NCBI GenBank assembly: GCA_027317865.1
Contig: DAHVQG010000003.1
Coordinates: 32,001 to 96,000 of the forward strand
Reading direction: 5' to 3'
From: Bdellovibrionales bacterium
Lineage (GTDB): Bacteria; Bdellovibrionota; Bdellovibrionia; Bdellovibrionales; UBA1609
Length of the DNA stretch: 64,000 bases
Of this stretch, positions 61,155-64,000 are shown piece by piece. The stretch's first letter is position 1. Each line of letters opens with the position of its first letter. The translations under genes were made by a program, and so were the position numbers. Under the pieces are notes generated by a model. The model saw only the letters and a program-made list of their open reading frames with translations. It was not told the DNA's origin and did not search any database.

Positions 61155-62746
61155 ATTCAGTTTTGCGAATAGCATCTCGAAAAAGCGATTTGGCGCGATT
61201 GCAAGCCTACGAGGTGGGGCGTGCGATTTTGCGTGCTCATCCGGAAGTGCGGATAGAATATCGTTTTTCAAGTTCGCTTGGCGACGCGAATTTAAATGAC
61301 CCTTTGTGGAAAATGCCAGAAAAAGGCGTTTTCACAGCTGACTTGTCGGAAAAACTCGCGCTCGGGGAGTGTGACCTCGTCGTGCATTCTTGGAAGGATC
61401 TACCGACGGAAGTGAATCCTCGTACCGAAATTGTTGCAACACGACCGCGGGCTGATGTGCGTGACGTCGTATTAGTGAAACGCGATCACCTCATGAGACA
61501 CAGTGACGCCAAACTGCGAGCAAGCGGACCGCGCGGGGCAGTCGAGCCGCGTCCGTTTCAAGTGTTTTCGTCATCGCCTCGGCGTGAATATAATATTCGC
61601 GATTTTTTGCAATGGTCGTTGCCAACGCGGCAACAAATTATTTTTTCGCCGGTTCGGGGCAATGTGGCCACGCGTGCGCAAAAATATTGTGAAAATCAAA
61701 AAGTTTCGGCTTGGGTTGTCGCCAAAGCGGCGCTCGATCGTCTTTTGTCTTCGCAAGACGTTGCAAATGCTTCGCCAGCCGAGTTTGCGACTTCGCGGGC
61801 AATTTTAAGGAAGGCATTATCGATATCGAAGTTTCAGGTTTTGCCGGTTTCACAAGCTCCTACTGCTCCAGCGCAAGGGGCGCTTGCCGTTGAAATAGCG
61901 CGCGACCGTGAGGATATGCGTTCGCTGTTGCAGGCGATCAATGATCAAGCGACATGGTTTGATGTTTGTGCCGAGCGCGAAATATTTCAGCGCTACGGCG
62001 GGGGCTGCCATCAAAAAATTGGCATTACGTATGAGACGCGACCTTACGGGCAAATTCAAAATGGCCGGGGCCAAGGCGTTGATCAGAAATCGTTTTGGTT
62101 TACCCGGCTGGTTCAAGACCGCTCGCAATTTCAAATTCCAAAAACAACTAGAGAGCATATTTATCCGCTTGAAACGGGAGCAAATAATTTCGTTTCAGGG
62201 CGTCGTCTGATTCAATTTGATAGATCCGAGCTAAAGGATCGCGATTTATTTGTCGCGCGAGCGGATGCGTGGCCTGAAAATTTTGGCGAAGGTTTTTTAG
62301 ATAGCGACTGCATTGCCTGGGCGAGCGGAATTAAAACGTGGCGCAAACTGGCGGCGCGGGGCATTTGGGTCTCAGGCTGCCAAGACGGCCGCGGCGAGAC
62401 GGAACCAATGGCTCTTGAACACATACTTGGCCGTTTACCTCAATTTACGAAGTTAACTCATCGTGAGGGCGACACTGGGTCAAGCGAGCGCGAAGGTATG
62501 CCGATCGTCGCAACCTACGAGTTAGTTGATGCGCCTGAATCGGACCTGCCGGATTTAACCGGTAAAACCCATTTCTACTGGAGCAGTTTTTCGCAGTTTG
62601 AGCGGGCCGATCGTCATTTTCACGACGTACTTCAAAAAGGCTACCATTCTTGCGGCCCTGGGAGCACCTACGAGCGTCTTCGCAACGTGACGTCGCGAGT
62701 TTCTGTTTACCTTTCGCACGAATCGTGGCTACAAGATGTTTTATGA
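61151..62746 (+). CDS. hemC: Hydroxymethylbilane synthase with C-terminal extension (possible HemD-like domain)
   Basis: [30 protein letters not shown] and GGGCH motifs. Confidence 0.92.
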   Translation: MNSVLRIASRKSDLARLQAYEVGRAILRAHPEVRIEYRFSSSLGDANLNDPLWKMPEKGVFTADLSEKLALGECDLVVHSWKDLPTEVNPRTEIVATRPRADVRDVVLVKRDHLMRHSDAKLRASGPRGAVEPRPFQVFSSSPRREYNIRDFLQWSLPTRQQIIFSPVRGNVATRAQKYCENQKVSAWVVAKAALDRLLSSQDVANASPAEFATSRAILRKALSISKFQVLPVSQAPTAPAQGALAVEIARDREDMRSLLQAINDQATWFDVCAEREIFQRYGGGCHQKIGITYETRPYGQIQNGRGQGVDQKSFWFTRLVQDRSQFQIPKTTREHIYPLETGANNFVSGRRLIQFDRSELKDRDLFVARADAWPENFGEGFLDSDCIAWASGIKTWRKLAARGIWVSGCQDGRGETEPMALEHILGRLPQFTKLTHREGDTGSSEREGMPIVATYELVDAPESDLPDLTGKTHFYWSSFSQFERADRHFHDVLQKGYHSCGPGSTYERLRNVTSRVSVYLSHESWLQDVL

Positions 62747-64000
62747 ACGAATTCGAAATGAACTCCCACGATTTGTTTGAACGGGCCAAAAGGGTTTCAC
62801 CCGGTGGTGTGCATAGTCCGGTGCGATCTTTTCGTTCCGTGGGTGGTGACCCGATTTTTTTTAAAACTGCGCAAGGCGCTTATCTGACTTCTGTCGAAAA
62901 TAAACGGTACATTGATTTTTGCCAGAGTTTCGGTCCGAACATTTTGGGCCACCGCGATCCGGATGTCGAAAGCGTCGTGCGAACGGCTGTGGCTGAAGCG
63001 TGGACATTCGGCGCGTGTGAACCCTATTCGCTTGAGCTTGCCGAGTGGATCACCTCCCGGTTGCCGTTTGTTGAATCGATCCGTTTTGTTTGTTCCGGAA
63101 CCGAAGCCGTGATGAGCGCACTTCGTGTGGCCCGGGCGGCGACAAAGCGTGATCTTGTTTTGAAATTCGATGGTTGCTATCACGGTCACGCCGATTCGCT
63201 TCTTGTCCGCGCGGGCAGTGGACTTGCCGGCAGCTCGGCATCGGACAGTGGCGGAGTTTCTTCGCAAGTTGCCAGTACAACCGTTGTGTGCCGGCTCGAC
63301 GATGAACGTGAATTTTCGAAGGCTGTGGCAAATTTCGGTCACGAACTTGCGGCGGTGATCATCGAACCTCTGCCGGCTAATTTTGGTTTGCTCCCGCAGA
63401 GAAGAGAGTGGATTGAACATGTGGTTAGGCGGGCGCGCTCTTGTGGGGCGCTTGTTATTTTCGACGAAGTCATTTCCGGTTTTCGCGTTGGGCTGGGTGG
63501 CATGGCTGAACAGCTCGGAATAAAACCGGATCTCGTAACCTACGGTAAGATTATCGGCGGAGGGTTTCCGGTTGGCGCCTATGCGGGCCGGCGTGACCTT
63601 ATGGAGCTTGTGGCCCCTACGGGTCCGGTTTATCAAGCTGGAACGCTCGCGGCTAATCCGATCGGCATGCGCGCGGGGCTTGCGACATTAAAGAAAATTG
63701 AAACTCACCATGTTTATACTGAACTCGAAAGCCGAGCGAAATATTTCGGCGATTGGGTCTCAGCCGAACTTAATGCGCGCGATTTGCCGGTGCGATTGGT
63801 ACGGCGTGCGAGCTTGTTTTGGTTGCATCCGATTCCTGAAAATCTTGGCAGCGAAACGACGCCAGAAGCGGCAGGTGAGCGGATGATTAGAAGACCGGAC
63901 CAAATGCATCCCGAAGCACGCGAGTGGTATTCGCGATTTTTTCGCCATGCGCTTAATGCCGGTGTATATTTGCCGCCCAGCCCCTATGAAGTGTGTTTTA
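62743..64000 (+). CDS. hemL: Glutamate-1-semialdehyde 2,1-aminomutase (runs off the window; absent from the ORF track)
   Basis: [67 protein letters not shown]. Confidence 0.96.
   Translation, partial: MNEFEMNSHDLFERAKRVSPGGVHSPVRSFRSVGGDPIFFKTAQGAYLTSVENKRYIDFCQSFGPNILGHRDPDVESVVRTAVAEAWTFGACEPYSLELAEWITSRLPFVESIRFVCSGTEAVMSALRVARAATKRDLVLKFDGCYHGHADSLLVRAGSGLAGSSASDSGGVSSQVASTTVVCRLDDEREFSKAVANFGHELAAVIIEPLPANFGLLPQRREWIEHVVRRARSCGALVIFDEVISGFRVGLGGMAEQLGIKPDLVTYGKIIGGGFPVGAYAGRRDLMELVAPTGPVYQAGTLAANPIGMRAGLATLKKIETHHVYTELESRAKYFGDWVSAELNARDLPVRLVRRASLFWLHPIPENLGSETTPEAAGERMIRRPDQMHPEAREWYSRFFRHALNAGVYLPPSPYEVCF

Noticed and set aside
62797-63636. 279-aa minus-strand ORF
   Set aside because: Antisense shadow of hemL

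Overview
Chromosomal window from a probable Bdellovibrionota (Bdellovibrio-like) bacterium. This assignment is inferred from an FQNC-type lipoprotein signal, many secreted proteases and lipoproteins, a short HemA and a PilZ gene beside rpsT. The core genome includes purA, a serA-like dehydrogenase, a class V aminotransferase, lptE, holA, rpsT, mscS, an RND/TolC pair, putA, a GST, a long aromatic amino acid hydroxylase, hemA-hemC-hemL and three tRNAs. Two decayed accessory regions are anchored at tRNAs. The first (1-10012) carries an XRE/resolvase operon, a DUF4160-type toxin-antitoxin pair, a degenerate RES protein, an intact IS66 with target duplication, an IS3 remnant and a serine-integrase remnant that reads into tRNA-Glu. 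The second (from 22171 to roughly 30000) holds a 917-aa repeat lipoprotein split by an IS256, plus secreted proteases. The strongest unannotated signals are: (1) a candidate ~110-nt sigma54-dependent sRNA with three GCCCRCC motifs, back-to-back with a second sigma54 promoter that has an IHF consensus site; (2) a set of sigma28/FliA-type promoters placed 6-7 nt before ATG, implying leaderless transcripts; (3) a tRNA-Gly(CCC) with a compensatory G19A/C56U elbow swap; (4) a recurring RxPAS-like motif around a rhomboid operon. All calls come from reading the sequence by eye; no searches or folding programs were run.
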